Shown: in pieces, positions 1 through 24,823 of the stretch
How positions within the stretch are numbered: the first letter of the stretch is position 1
Layout: each line of letters starts with the position of its first letter
Assembly: GCF_009914755.1 (NCBI RefSeq)
Contig: NC_060945.1
Strand: one strand, 5' to 3'
Source: the human T2T-CHM13v2.0 reference genome, Homo sapiens
DNA: 64,000 nucleotides
Position numbers and translations under genes: made by a program
The notes under the pieces: generated by a model
The model's database searches: none
Told to the model about the DNA's origin: nothing
What the model saw: only the letters and a program-made list of their open reading frames with translations

Positions 1-434
1 AATAATCATTCAAAATCAGCCAAATAAAGTAACTATATTGGTTTTAGTTTTTTTAAAAGGCATGCCATTCCCCAACCACAAAAGCAGATGAGATTACCCA
101 ATGAGAGCACATATTCCTTACATTTATGCACAAATCAATTTTCACATGAGTGGCCATCTGTCTAATGAGCACTGGTCAGTTTTAGAATTTCAACATTATC
201 ACTGGATGATCTTAAAATGAACTGAATGTTCCTTAATTTGTCAGTACTGATTTTGGCAAAAACTCGTATTAATGAGTTTCACGAGTGATAATAGGTTAAC
301 ATGTAGGTGGGCCAAACTTTCACTAAGAAAAACTAGAAAATCTGGTAAAACATATTTTTTAACAAATCTGTTTAAAGGCACTTTATGCCTTAAAAGGTTA
401 TGAAGAATCACAGAACCAAGATCAAAAAAAGAAG

Positions 435-436
<2 letters not shown>

Positions 437-476
<40 letters not shown>
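437..476. repeat. (GT)20 microsatellite
   Basis: Direct reading; followed by short (AC)n and (AT)n runs. Confidence 0.97.
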
Positions 477-479
<3 letters not shown>

Positions 480-1314
480 CACACACACATAGATATATAT
501 ATATTTTAACCCTAGAATTTCATTCTGGAAGAGGAAGCTGGAAGGTTTAGCAAGTAAGCAAAATCACAGACTAACTCATGAGTTAGGCTAATAAACTTGC
601 AATTCATGGCCTCCTATATGTAGGGGACTCCCTCGGGCTTTGGCTGTTAGCCCAAAAGGCTACAGCCTAGACCTGTAGGTAAACTACAGATAGAACAGTA
701 ATCCCAAGGAACTAAGGCCCATTCTTGTTCGGATAAGGCAATAAGGCTTGAGAGTGGCCCCAGAAGGCTGCCAGAAGTCAATGTAAATCGTCTCTGGGAA
801 TAAAGCCATCCTGTGCTTCAAATCTTTTCTAACATTTAACAATCAAAAAAGAAACAAAAATATGATGATAAAAAAGGAGAAAAATCAACAGGCAATAGAA
901 AATGGTCCACAGGGAAGCAAGACATTGAAAAAAATGAAATTACCAGACCTGTTTTTAAAATAGCTATGGCTGCTTTCCAAGTAATTAAAACAATGAGAAT
1001 TTTAGTAGAAAACTGAGAGCCCTTAAAAAAAAAAAAGAAGAACCAAATGACAATTCAGAATCAAATAATTTAGTAACTAAAATTAAGAACTCAATACCAT
1101 TGTTAGGCACTAGGCAATTTTTCTCAAGTTTTCAAACTACTCCTTTCTAACAGCTATATAACCTTAAGTCTACTATTTTAAATCTCAAACAGAAAACCTT
1201 AAGCAAGAAATACTCCACTTCAGATGAAAGTTACTGATAGTTTTATAAATCAAAAAGAAAACTCTATATTTCAATGTAATTTCTAATTTGCTAAGAAAAC
1301 AGAATTTAGGTTAC

Positions 1315-1408
1315 CTTATGTGAGAGCTGAAGAGTCTTTCTTTTTCTTCCTATTATATAAAGATTTCTTTCCTCTTCACCTTTCTCTAATCGGAAGTCTT
1401 CCAGCTTC
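1315..1408 (-). CDS. BRWD1: BRWD1 exon 20
   Basis: 94 nt, [31 protein letters not shown], donor AAG|GTAACC. Confidence 0.94.
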
Positions 1409-2465
1409 CTACAAATTTAAATACCCAGTTATATTAACTACTGAACTGATGGATAACTAAAGGATATAAAGAATAAAAACCAGTGTGATTCTATAAATCA
1501 TAAGTTTATGTACTTTAAAAATACACAAAATCTCTGAAGTTAAAACATGTTAAAAATTTATATGAATATAAATAAAATCTCAGAGGCAGTTAAACCTATT
1601 TTTCATATCAGAGGCAAAAATATTCATTCGTTTTCTGATTGGTACTATCAGGACCAATTCAAACAGAATCTCCCATAATAGCTTTTCAAAACGTCTTCAT
1701 GATTTTCCAAGATTGCAATTCCTTTCCCTAAAGAAAAAATAAGCAGAGTCTGCCTTCTCCACATTTATTCAAGCTATGTTTGATAATTTATAGAAAACAA
1801 GAATAGCAATGTTACTGGTTTTTCTAATCACCTATATTTCACTCACATGATACAACAAAAAGATTATGTTATTGTGACCAATTTCAAAGCAAAGGACCTG
1901 CCACCAAGAAGAAGGTACTAAAAATCATTTTTCTTCTCTGGAAAAGACTGACTGTCCCTTTTCTCCAACTGGAACATTATTAAAAACACGTGGCTTTTAT
2001 GTTTTTGTTTACTTTAACATCTCAAAGGAAAAAGATTTATACTGAAATCTTGGCCATGTTCCAAGGTATAACTAGACACTCAACAGAGTGTAAGAGTAAA
2101 TGCTGTAAGGATAAAAACTGATTTTTAAGAACACTGCATTTTTCTCTAAGTACGCCAGACAGCCCACACTCAAGATTACAGTAGAACATTATTTTATCCA
2201 GCGGGGATTTCTAAAGCAGACTCAACCTTTCACAGGTTGTCAATTTCACTGCTTTATGTGTGTTTAAGGAACCATATAACGAGATTTTCAGCTTGCAGCC
2301 AAATGAAAGTCCCACCTGATATCTGTATGTTTCCCTTTGACAATAAAGCAATACATACAATTGATTCTCAATCAATAAAACAAAGGAACACTTGACATAG
2401 GTATCATTTTCAGCTGCATGCAATTTTACTCCTAATGAGATGGTCAGCTAAGAAAAGTGGTATTA

Positions 2466-2785
<320 letters not shown>

Positions 2786-3189
2786 TTTATAATGAATAGA
2801 ATTTCTACCGTTATTGGATCAAGACAAACTACGTGCCTGAATCCTAGGCACAAAAAGAATTACTTATACTGGCAAGCAACATTATATGCTCATAGCTCTG
2901 CACAGCTGTCATTTACCTTTATGCTTTTATATCTATTACTCCAATTTTTCACATTGGACACAAACTTTTATAGTCAGAAAACAAATTTTTAAATACTCTT
3001 CATCCTTATCAAATGATATCCTAACATACAGTTATGAAAAATTCACCCTTGTTTCCACTATTGGAACTGTTGTCATGGGCAATGATCACCACATCTCAAT
3101 CAATTATCGCCTTTATAAAATTTCACATGAGCTTTCTTTTAGAATAAAATGCTAGAAAGAGCTATGTTCTTTTTTGTGAAAATTATATT

Positions 3190-3990
<801 letters not shown>

Positions 3991-4451
3991 CTCTCTTGAC
4001 ACCTGTTTGCTTCCCTTGGTTTTGAAAAAGCATCCCAAAATGACACTTTTGGTTCTGATGACCATAAGACTTAGACGCCAATTTAAAACTTAATTACAGC
4101 ATACTATATACATATTGATTTTCTGTATTTCTCATCACAATTCCACATTTTGCTTTTCACTATTTTCTAGTCCTTCCCAAATTCACAGAACAATATATAA
4201 GTACTATCTAATAACACTCCAGCATTCACTGAAACTCTTCTGGTTAAACATATAAAAACACAAAGATAAATTTACAAAATTATCTTCAAGCTATTAAGTT
4301 ATTATGACATACAAACATGAGAAAATACTGAAACATTTTAGATATCATTCTAAAAAGTATTTCCTGTTTCCATTTCAATAACTCAAATCAGTACATTACA
4401 ACTCAGCACCAAGGACACTACTGCCCATATTATAATTACAAAATATCATTT

Positions 4452-4487
4452 CTACACTTGATCTTAGCCAAAAGGCCAAGAAGCAAT
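4452..4487 (-). pseudogene. 3'-truncated U2 snRNA retrocopy (U2 nt 1-36)
   Basis: Reverse complement ATTGCTTCTTGGCCTTTTGGCTAAGATCAAGTGTAG matches the U2 5' end with 2 CpG-type transitions; flanked by direct repeat AAAATATCATTTCT. Confidence 0.9.
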
Positions 4488-4505
4488 ATAAAATATCATT
4501 TCTTA

Positions 4506-4796
4506 GGCTGGGCGTAGTGGCTCACACCTGTAATCCCAGCACTTTGGGAGGCCGAGGCAGGCAGATCACCTGAGGTCGGGAGTTCAAGACAAGCCTGACC
4601 AACATGGAGAAACCCCGTCTCTACTAAAAATACAAAATTAGCCAGGCGTGGTGGCGCATGCCTGTAGTCCCAGCTACTCGGGAGGCTGAGGCAGGAGAAT
4701 CACTTGAACCCGGAGGCAGAGGTTGCAGTGAGCCAAGATCGTGCCATTGCACTCCAGCCTGGACGAGAGCAAAACTCTGTCTCAAAAAAATAAAAG
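4506..4796 (+). mobile_element. AluSp-like SINE
   Basis: GAGGTCGGGAG...CCTGACCAACATGGAGAAACC diagnostic-type bases; TSD AAATAWCATTTCTTA. Confidence 0.85.
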
Positions 4797-5548
4797 AAAT
4801 AACATTTCTTACTAAAAGAAAATAGGGCTGCTTAATTTCAGATATAGGTCAAAAATTTACAAGATGAACTATAATATCTTCCCCTGTCTCATAGTAAGGA
4901 TGCTATGGAAAACTACTAGTCATTTTGAAAGGACAGGGAGCCTTGAAAAGAGGCTCCTCATGGCTAGAAAAGAGATGATTTAAACATCAATAAAGAATAT
5001 CAGAAATAAGTTAAACCCCAGCTATTTGATTTATACATTAAAACACACACACATACAAATTGGTCGCTGTTGAATAATGAAAAGGAATAAATCTTTATTT
5101 TGAGGGGAAATAAAGCAAAATAATCAAGCCATCTACTCTGCCTTTCCTACACAAACTTTGCTACTTGAAAACTAAGTATACTTGGGTTTCTTTTTTAGAT
5201 TTCTTTTTCAGAAGTGTCCAAGATAATAAATGAAGAAGTTTTCATAGAGTTAAAAATCATGATTATACAACAGCTAATAAATTAATGAATCTACACATTA
5301 AGCACTGATAGCTGCTAACATCACAAAAACCGAGGAGGCTATTTATGTGTGCCTTCTGATAGAATTATCACTTATGAAGCAGTCTTGCAAAAAACTGAAA
5401 ACATTTATGACACCTGAAACAACTGGAAATTTAAACACAGCCTGGATATTTGGTTATACTGAGAAACCAAGGTACGGTTTTTTTAAGGTGTGATAACAGC
5501 ATTATTTTATATATTTTAAAATTTCTTATCTTTAGAAATACACACTTA

Positions 5549-6391
<843 letters not shown>

Positions 6392-7072
6392 CTAATATAC
6401 ATTTAGCATGTAACAAGCACACGTTCACCTAAGATGCGCACCAAAAATAAAGAACTAAGAGAAGATAGTATCTACTGAAAAAACTTTGTGAGAAAAATCT
6501 TTTTAAAATTTATTTTCTGTACAGACAAGGTCTTGCTATGTTGCCCGGGCTAGTCGCAAATGCCTGGCCTCAAGCAATCCTCTTAACCACGGCTTCCCAA
6601 AGTGCTGGGATTATAGGCATGAGCCACTGCACCCAGCCTGACAGAATCTTAACATGACTAAGATCAAAATGTAGAATACGGAACAAACATTAACTATTAA
6701 ACCTCAATTTCAATTTTTACTAGACTTTCTGAAATTATAAAATGTACATTTCACATTACATTATATATGCATTCCTAAAAACTGTGCCTTCTTAAAAATT
6801 GCACACTAAAAAAAGTCTTTTTGAAAAATTTGCACTGAAGACAGATACCTGAAATCAAAGTGGTTTTACAAGAGCTCTTGCAACAGTAATCATGATTCTC
6901 ATGATTCTCAAGAGATAATCTGAGCCACCAAGGCAAGTAGCTGTCAAGATGGTTATTAAAAAGTCAAACAAATAAAATGTTGTGGGTAAATGCCAGTCGT
7001 GCTTAAACTAAAGCTGGGCAGGTGGGTGATGAGGCAATGAAGACAACACTGACGCTCTGAGCCTGAGGGGCT

Positions 7073-7186
7073 GCTGTTAAGGTGGGTATAGGAGGCTGCG
7101 CAACCTCCCATGAGCTGGAAGCCACAGAGGCTGTTAAGGTGGGTATAGGAGGCTGCGCAACCTCCCATGAGCTGGAAGCCACAGAG
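7073..7186. repeat. Perfect 57-bp tandem duplication
   Basis: GCTGTTAAGGTGGG...GCCACAGAG at 7073-7129 and 7130-7186, identical. Confidence 0.95.
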
Positions 7187-8997
7187 AGACTAGCCTCTGA
7201 GGAGGAAGTCCTAGACAAAGTGCTCATTTTCTTACAACAGAAGGTGAAGGGGCTCCTGCTACTAACACAACAGAAAAACTGAGGGTGATATTGATTCTTG
7301 TGGGAGGCTATGGAGCTGTACTCCAGCTGTGCCAGCTCTTCTTGCCTAGGGAAAAATCTACGAGTGAATGCAACTTCTGCACTCTTCTATGTACCACACT
7401 CTATTTACCAATCACATGTGTACCAATGTGCATTAGAGAACACACTATGCTTCACCAACTTCAAATGGCATTAAATGCCCCGCTAGTAAACCAAGCATTT
7501 ATATTAAAATACTATATATTGAAGAAACATTTTTGAACTGAGAAATATAAATTCTAAATTTAACTGCCCAAGTCATAGCATTATTCTCCAACAATCTGAA
7601 AACATGCATAAAGTTATTTATCACATCACTTATAACAGCAAAGCATAAGAAACAACCTAAATGCCCATAAAGAGATTAGAAAGGTTAATTACTCCACACA
7701 GAGGAGTAGTATGAAGCTATTTAAAAAAAAAAAAAAAAAATAGGATGAAGAATTCTGTGAACTGATACGATTTCTAGAATATATTGTTAAGGCAATACAG
7801 TAGGTGCCAGAAGAATGCGTTTATGTATCTTGTGCCTCTTGCCATGACAGACTGAGGACATAGCATCAACTATTCAGTATTCCTGTCTAAATGCTTAACC
7901 TGAACCCAATTATGAGGAAATAATTAGACAAATCTAAATTGAGAGAAATCTTGTGAAAACAACAGGCCTGAAGCTTTCCAAAGTACCAGTGCTCTGAGGA
8001 AACTTTTCTGGATTAAAAGACATAATCCTAAAATGTAATGAGCAGGGCTAATTAAATCCTAAATTTTTTTTTTTTAAAAAAGGCCATGAGGAAGGACAGT
8101 TAGTTATTGGGACAACTGGGGAAGAGTAAGTAAGGACTCAAAATTAGATAGCAGTGCTATATCAACAATTATCATATTCAGCTTGTTGAATGTGATCACT
8201 GTATTATGGTTATGTAAGAGAATATCTCTGGTTCTTGGATGATACAGGATGAAGCATTAAGATATAAAGTGTCACAAGTCTTACTTTCAAATGCTTCTGA
8301 AAAAAAACACATAGGAATGTGTGTGTGCACACATACACAAAAAAAAGCAAAAGCAAGTATAGTAATATAAGGAATCTAGGTAAAGAATATATGGCTGTTC
8401 ATTGTATCCTTCTTCCAACCTTTCTTTCCAAAATAAAAAAACAAAGTCTTATGCTGTAAGTTTAAGAGAAAAAAAGTACTATTTTAAATGAATAATGAAA
8501 CTTGTTAATCATATTGGACTAGAAACAAAGTAAATAGTGGAACTAACTGAGGGGAGACTGGTGATTGTTATGTATTTACTTCTACACTGTACTTTTAAGG
8601 ACTCAACACTGAAAACTCACTAAGTTTTCAAACTTTCTGATTCAATAAGAAAAATCATACTCTACCCAATACAGTTTTTCAAAAATTACCAATGTTAAAG
8701 CAAAGAAAAGCTAGAACTATGGTTTTATTTTAAAAACCAATCTGTTATTCGCTCCTATTTAATACAATTTTGTAAATACTGTATTTTTAGAGTACAAAAG
8801 GCTTCAGCAGTACTTGAAATTCAAAGACCCATTTGTTACTACATTATCTCACACCTCATAAAGCTACCTTCAGACTACTAATTAAGTTGTAAAAATACAT
8901 TGTTTACTTAAGTTTCTCACATTACATGTACCTGACAAAGACTTCGTTTACTCTTTAATTTCAATGCAGCCATATTCAGGTAAAACATTTATCACTA

Positions 8998-9207
<210 letters not shown>

Positions 9208-9819
9208 TTAATATATAATCATATAAAAGCAGAAAACAAAAAAAAATTTCGTTAGGGTACAAATTAAAATACATTAACAATGGTCAGAATTTCCCATTTT
9301 TGAAAAATAACCAGTTTAAAAAGATACTCTACATATTCACCAAGAAGTCAGAGAAAAGATTCAAAGCCAACAAAAGTCTTCCTGTAGAGGACTAAATACC
9401 ACAAAAACCTGAAAGCAGCCTCTGAAATTCCTGCAAGTGGAAGCATGGAAACATATTTCTGTAAAACTTTATTACGCTGTTTCACACTAATGCCCCTCAC
9501 CATACTCGATATATTTCACTAAAATCTTATTCCCCAGAGTCTCTAACTGGAACAGAGCAACTATGGGTCATTTCCAATGTGGAGAAAAATCCCTGAGACT
9601 TAATTTCTTCTCTATGTCTTAAGAAAGGGGAAAAAAGGGAGGTAAGACCTTTTTTAAGCCTTCAACAAGACTTTAGCTCTCCCTCTGCCCCAAGAGTCCT
9701 CGGAGAACAGTGCAATTGATGGTGGTAATTACACAAGCCTCTCCGACTAATCTCAAATTACTCTCTTAGATATGTTTTTAACATAGCTACTACCCATAAT
9801 TCTTACTTCAAGTACAGAG

Positions 9820-10386
<567 letters not shown>

Positions 10387-11029
10387 AAGGAGATTAATAA
10401 GGTGATAATCAAAAGGAATGCAAAGATATAACTTGCCACCATAAAGACAGATAGAGAAACTGTAAAACCTCATATAGTATTATGGGATGGGCAAGGGAGG
10501 ACATTTCCATCCTGCTACCTGAGTAAGACTCCCTTGCATATCACTGATAATGTCTTTGTTTTGCTATGGAAACCAAAGAAGAACTTAAAAGAGCTAAATG
10601 TTATATCTCATATTAACTTTGTCTTTAAAAATTTTATCAGTCTCAAAAAATGAGTTGAAAAGGCAGTACATAGAGGCTTAATCTAAAAAGATAAGAAGAT
10701 TTTAATTAGAATTGCTTATAACACAAAATTCCTAAGATTACAACATGATACCAAAGGGAAAACGGCAAAGAAGATTTCTAATCGGCATAAGCCAAAATAA
10801 CCTAAGGCTATATAACTTTTCTTTTTTTTCTTTTTGGTAGACACAAAGTCTTGCTATATTGCCCAGGCTGGTCTTGAACTCCTGAGCTCAAGCAATCCGC
10901 CTGCCTGCCTCAGCCTCCCAAAGTGCTAAGATTACAAGCGCGAGCCACTGCACTCAGCCTAACTTTTCTTTCATAGCACAGAACACTTAACTGTTAACTT
11001 CTCAAATATCAGAATGTTAACTGTCTCTA

Positions 11030-15202
<4,173 letters not shown>

Positions 15203-15386
15203 CTAGAAAAATGAAGTTCACAGGATGACATTTTAAGGTTCACACATTTTAAAGGAAACAAATATTAAACAGTTAATTAAAACTAGAAAAACAAGGAAAT
15301 CAAATCACTCAGCTAAACTGTTTCCAAAACATAGCTCATAACTACTTATTTCCAAAACACAGCTGATAACTATTACTTGCATGCTA

Positions 15387-15536
<150 letters not shown>

Positions 15537-17715
15537 CTAGGAAACACAAAAGGAAAAAAGTTAGGACCAATTCTATGCAAGTGATTTGCTATGTAAACTT
15601 TTTTAATGTGGATAACCTGTGACAATATATCCCTTCTGAAAAAAAAAAAAAAAGTTTCAGCCAGGCATGGTGGCTCATACCTGTAATCCTAGCACTTTAT
15701 GAGGTGGAAGCAGGTGGACTGCCTGAGCACAGGAGTTCAAGACCACCCTGGGCAACATGGTGAAACCCTGTCTCTACTAAAAATACAAAAAATTAGCCGG
15801 GCGTGGCAGTGTGCGTCTGTAGTCCCAGCTACTCAGGAAGCTGAGACACGAGAATCGTTTGAACCGGGGAGGCAGGGGTTGCAGTGAGCCAAGACTGCAC
15901 CACTGTACTCCACTGCACTCAAGCCTGGGTGACAGAGTGAGACTCTGTAAAATAAAAATAAAAACAAATGTTTCATTAAGCATATACATCAATCACTATT
16001 CCAAAAAAAATAAAATTGATTTTGGATACAACTAGCCTAGAAAAAAGTCTTCAAAGTTCTTCTAAGCATTAGTTCTCCAAGTGCTCCAATGAAGGCTAAC
16101 AACCCAATCCAAAGTGAAGGCTTCTTTTACTTCTTATAAACAATTTCATAAATTTTTGTCTTAGTATATAATAAAAGGATAATAAGCTACAAGATAAATG
16201 ATTAAAGATTAACCAAATTTGGTATTCATGAACTAAAATGAACACTTTTCTAGATTTTAAGGTGGGCTCTACTTCAGCTCATTACTAAGATGACTAAGCA
16301 CCATGCAAAATTTGGCAATGCTGCCGGGTCTCAAGCATATATATGAAAAAGTCTGCAGCCACAACTACCCTAACAGAGATTTCAGAAAGGATGCTCTAAG
16401 TCTATCATGAGTGTAACCTTAAATAGATTACTTTTATACTGTTTTATTCTTCCTTTTAAACTGTAAACTATATTAGTTTAATATCATCAATTTATAGTTA
16501 AGTTAGTTATTTGGTTAACTCTACAGTGTAGAGCTATGCATATTTGTTGTCTGCACCTTTAACTTTCCAGTAACTAAATGTTACGCGTTCGGTGTTGGAG
16601 AAATGAGACATCTACTCAGTAACTGCCAGAACAAACTCACGTCCACGCCCAAGTAAGTCACTGCTTGAATAGTGATACTTCACTATTGTTGCACATGAAA
16701 AGGATGACAATTAGCAAACGTGGAAAAAATAAAGTTACTCGGATATTCAGAGGATTGCTGAATAAGATGTGCATATTAATTCATATTCTCTTAACATAAA
16801 AAGGAAAAAATTGTGTGTGTATATATATTATATATTTTTTTTCCTCCAACTGATCATTAAAACATAAGAACATGGTTTCACCCACATGGTCCTTCTAGGA
16901 GCCACCTGTGCCACAGCACAACCTGCATATATGTACCATTTTGCATCCCTGGCCTGGGACCTTCAGTCATGGTTAAAGCAGATGCCAGTGGGGAGGGAGT
17001 GGCAAAATCTCAAAGCTGGAAAGCTGAAGATGGTGGCAGCAACTCTGCCCATCATACATGTGGACTTAACAGCACCAAAAGCTTTTCTATAAATACTTGC
17101 TGAGATGAAAGTTTTCTCAAGTGGGCAGACCTATCTAAGCAGAGCAAGGAGGACTTGGGGTTTCACTTGTAACTGGAAGCGTCCTATACAATGATTCCTG
17201 ACAAAACGCAACCTGCAACTGTGTCTGGAGAAAAATGTCACATTAAAGTTTATTACGTATTCATGAAATATTGTTGCTATTAATAACTGACAACCCTATT
17301 TAGTCTATCTAGAATTAGGAATTATGAGCCTCTTAGCTGAGCAGTAAGGAAATGTCAGTAAACAAGGCCAATTTTGGCTATGCAACTGGAAATAAGATCA
17401 TTGTTGCCCACGTGAAATGTTTTTTCAGATTATTCTTTGGCATAGAGTTTTTCCGCTTATATTCTGCTTAAAGCCTAAATTAATGTAGTTTTTTGTTTTG
17501 AGGAGTTAAATTCAGGATGTAATATTATTACTGAGTATGAAAGGATAGTTAAGGTAATGGATGTATCCCACGGATTTTAAAACGACAGAAAAATTGTCCA
17601 AGAATGTTTAGTTCTTTTTCCAATAATTTGAATACACAGAAACGCAGCTTTCAGAGATGCCTAATTGTCTATTTGTACTTTGATCATACTATGTAAAATG
17701 TTTTAGAATGCATTT

Positions 17716-17778
17716 AATCAAAGGTCTAAGAACCTGAGAATCAAAGGTCTAAGAACCTGAGAATCAAAGGTCTAAGAA
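17716..17778. repeat. 23-bp tandem repeat, about 2.7 copies
   Basis: AATCAAAGGTCTAAGAACCTGAG at 17716, 17739 and (partial) 17762. Confidence 0.95.
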
Positions 17779-17830
17779 TGCATCAGCATCAATAGGATGC
17801 TACTACACTGCCTCTAAAATACATCACACA

Positions 17831-19979
<2,149 letters not shown>

Positions 19980-20381
19980 AAGGTTACTGAAATTGGAGTA
20001 ATCAAATATTGTAATATTTGGTTAATATTGAATATTAATAATGTCATTTTATTTTATTACTATTTTTATATTTCTATTTATCAAATATTTCAATTTGTTA
20101 TAGAATATTTCAATAAATTCAAGTAGTGAAAAAGTTTTTACAATTGCCATACTTTTACCAGTTTAAACACACAGGCACATAAAATGCTCAACAGGTAACT
20201 TAAAAATGTCTCCCTCATATAAATCAGTCATACAGAGAATTTCATGTATGTACGTATATACATGTAGCTGTCTAATATTTAGCAGGCTTTGAATATGCTG
20301 ATTTGTAAAAACAAACTGCCAAAACAAGCAGATCAATTTCTGGCTAAGCCGCATAACCCAAATACTCTAAACAAATTATCA

Positions 20382-20555
<174 letters not shown>

Positions 20556-20798
20556 TTAACAAAGTCATAACATTAAGGAGGGTTTACAAGTTACAAATTG
20601 AAAATTTAAAAATACATACTGTTACAGCATATACTTTTAGAAATGTATTCGACAATAATTTATAATTATAAAAATTTCTAATCATTTCATAGTTTACATG
20701 AGAGAAACAACTTGTTCAATATATTATTTTTATAGCTTCAAAATTACAATCATATTTCAAAAAATCTCATTTGTTACATTGTACCAGAAATTACCTAC

Positions 20799-20949
20799 CA
20801 TTAAGTTATGAAGCAGTTGTCCAGTGTAAGAATTCCACACTTTGAGGACATGATCATTCACAGCTGTGACAACAATGCTATCATTTTGATTCCAAGCTAT
20901 CATTGTTACTTTAGGTTTCATAAACCTTTCCTCTTCGGAAGATAAGTCC
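20799..20949 (-). CDS. BRWD1: BRWD1 exon 14 (WD40)
   Basis: 151 nt, [19 protein letters not shown]...[17 protein letters not shown]. Confidence 0.95.
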
Positions 20950-21528
20950 CTAACAAAAAAATACACAACATGTAAGCTTATTTAGATGGCTGGCTATACA
21001 ATGTATACAATCTCTCATCAATACAAAAATAAAGAAATCCAACCCATGTGCCTATCTTATCAACCCTACAGTGAGTTCATCACAGCTGACCCAGAACAGA
21101 CTGTCTAGAAACAGGTGAGGGCAAAACCTGAAGAAGGGAGGGATAATTTAGAAACAGTACAGAGACTGAATAAGGGCAGATTTTAGGACACCATTACTGC
21201 TTATGAAAGCAATGCTTTTTCTCCCTACTTCTTTCCTATTATTTCCTTCTTCTGAATACAAACCTATTGCTAACACTTACTTTCAACTGTTTCTCTCCAT
21301 AGAAGACAAAAAAATTTTAGGAACACAAAAATAAGGTAATTCATATTCATATCCCCAATGTTTAGAAAAATAACTGACACACAGATGTTCAATCTGAACT
21401 GTAAATGGGACTATTCTCATCTCTTCATACAACTTTCCTACAGTCTACTCCTACAGGCCCCTTGGCAAGAACGGTCTTGGATACACATGCCTAGAATGTT
21501 TTTCATCCTTTATAAAAGTGTTATGGAG

Positions 21529-24446
<2,918 letters not shown>

Positions 24447-24823
24447 CAATTTTCTTTTTTAACCTTAATAATAAAGTATGTTTGCTTACCCTATTTCCCA
24501 GCCTTGGCTCTAAGCTACTTTTAAATTTTTTCAAAAATCCTATCCACAGAAAAGTATAATTTCCACTCTTAACGTACTTGAGTTAATTTTATCTTTTTTA
24601 CTTGTAGAAGCTTTTAAATGCAACATCTAAGAAGGAGGTCAATGCTTTGAACCATAGAAAAAGTACATGTTATTCTTTGCTACACAACGTAAGGATAAAT
24701 TTACCTGGATGTCTCTGTTCACCTGATATGCAGTACGCAGCTATTCACTTATACCACAGCTCTTCGTAATAGAAGGTAGCTATAATCCCCTCAACAAAAT
24801 AACCACTGAGAGACACAGAGAGC

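Noticed and set aside
4452-4487. Functional U2 snRNA gene
   Set aside because: Only 36 nt, with no Sm site, 3' box or evident PSE; flanked by TSDs.
6956-7282. ORFs with internally repeated peptides
   Set aside because: Fully explained by the 57-bp tandem duplication.
7285-7536. ORF starting ILILVGGYG, reminiscent of the GMPPB nucleotidyltransferase N-terminus
   Set aside because: Similarity stops after about 7 residues (no TRLRPL), the start is GTG, and there is no poly(A) or TSD to suggest a processed pseudogene.
15321-15378. Imperfect 28-bp duplication in intron 16
   Set aside because: Diverged local slippage product with no evident motif or splice relevance.
17716-17778. Short direct repeats as a CRISPR-like array
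   Set aside because: Head-to-tail copies with no unique spacers, in a eukaryotic intron.
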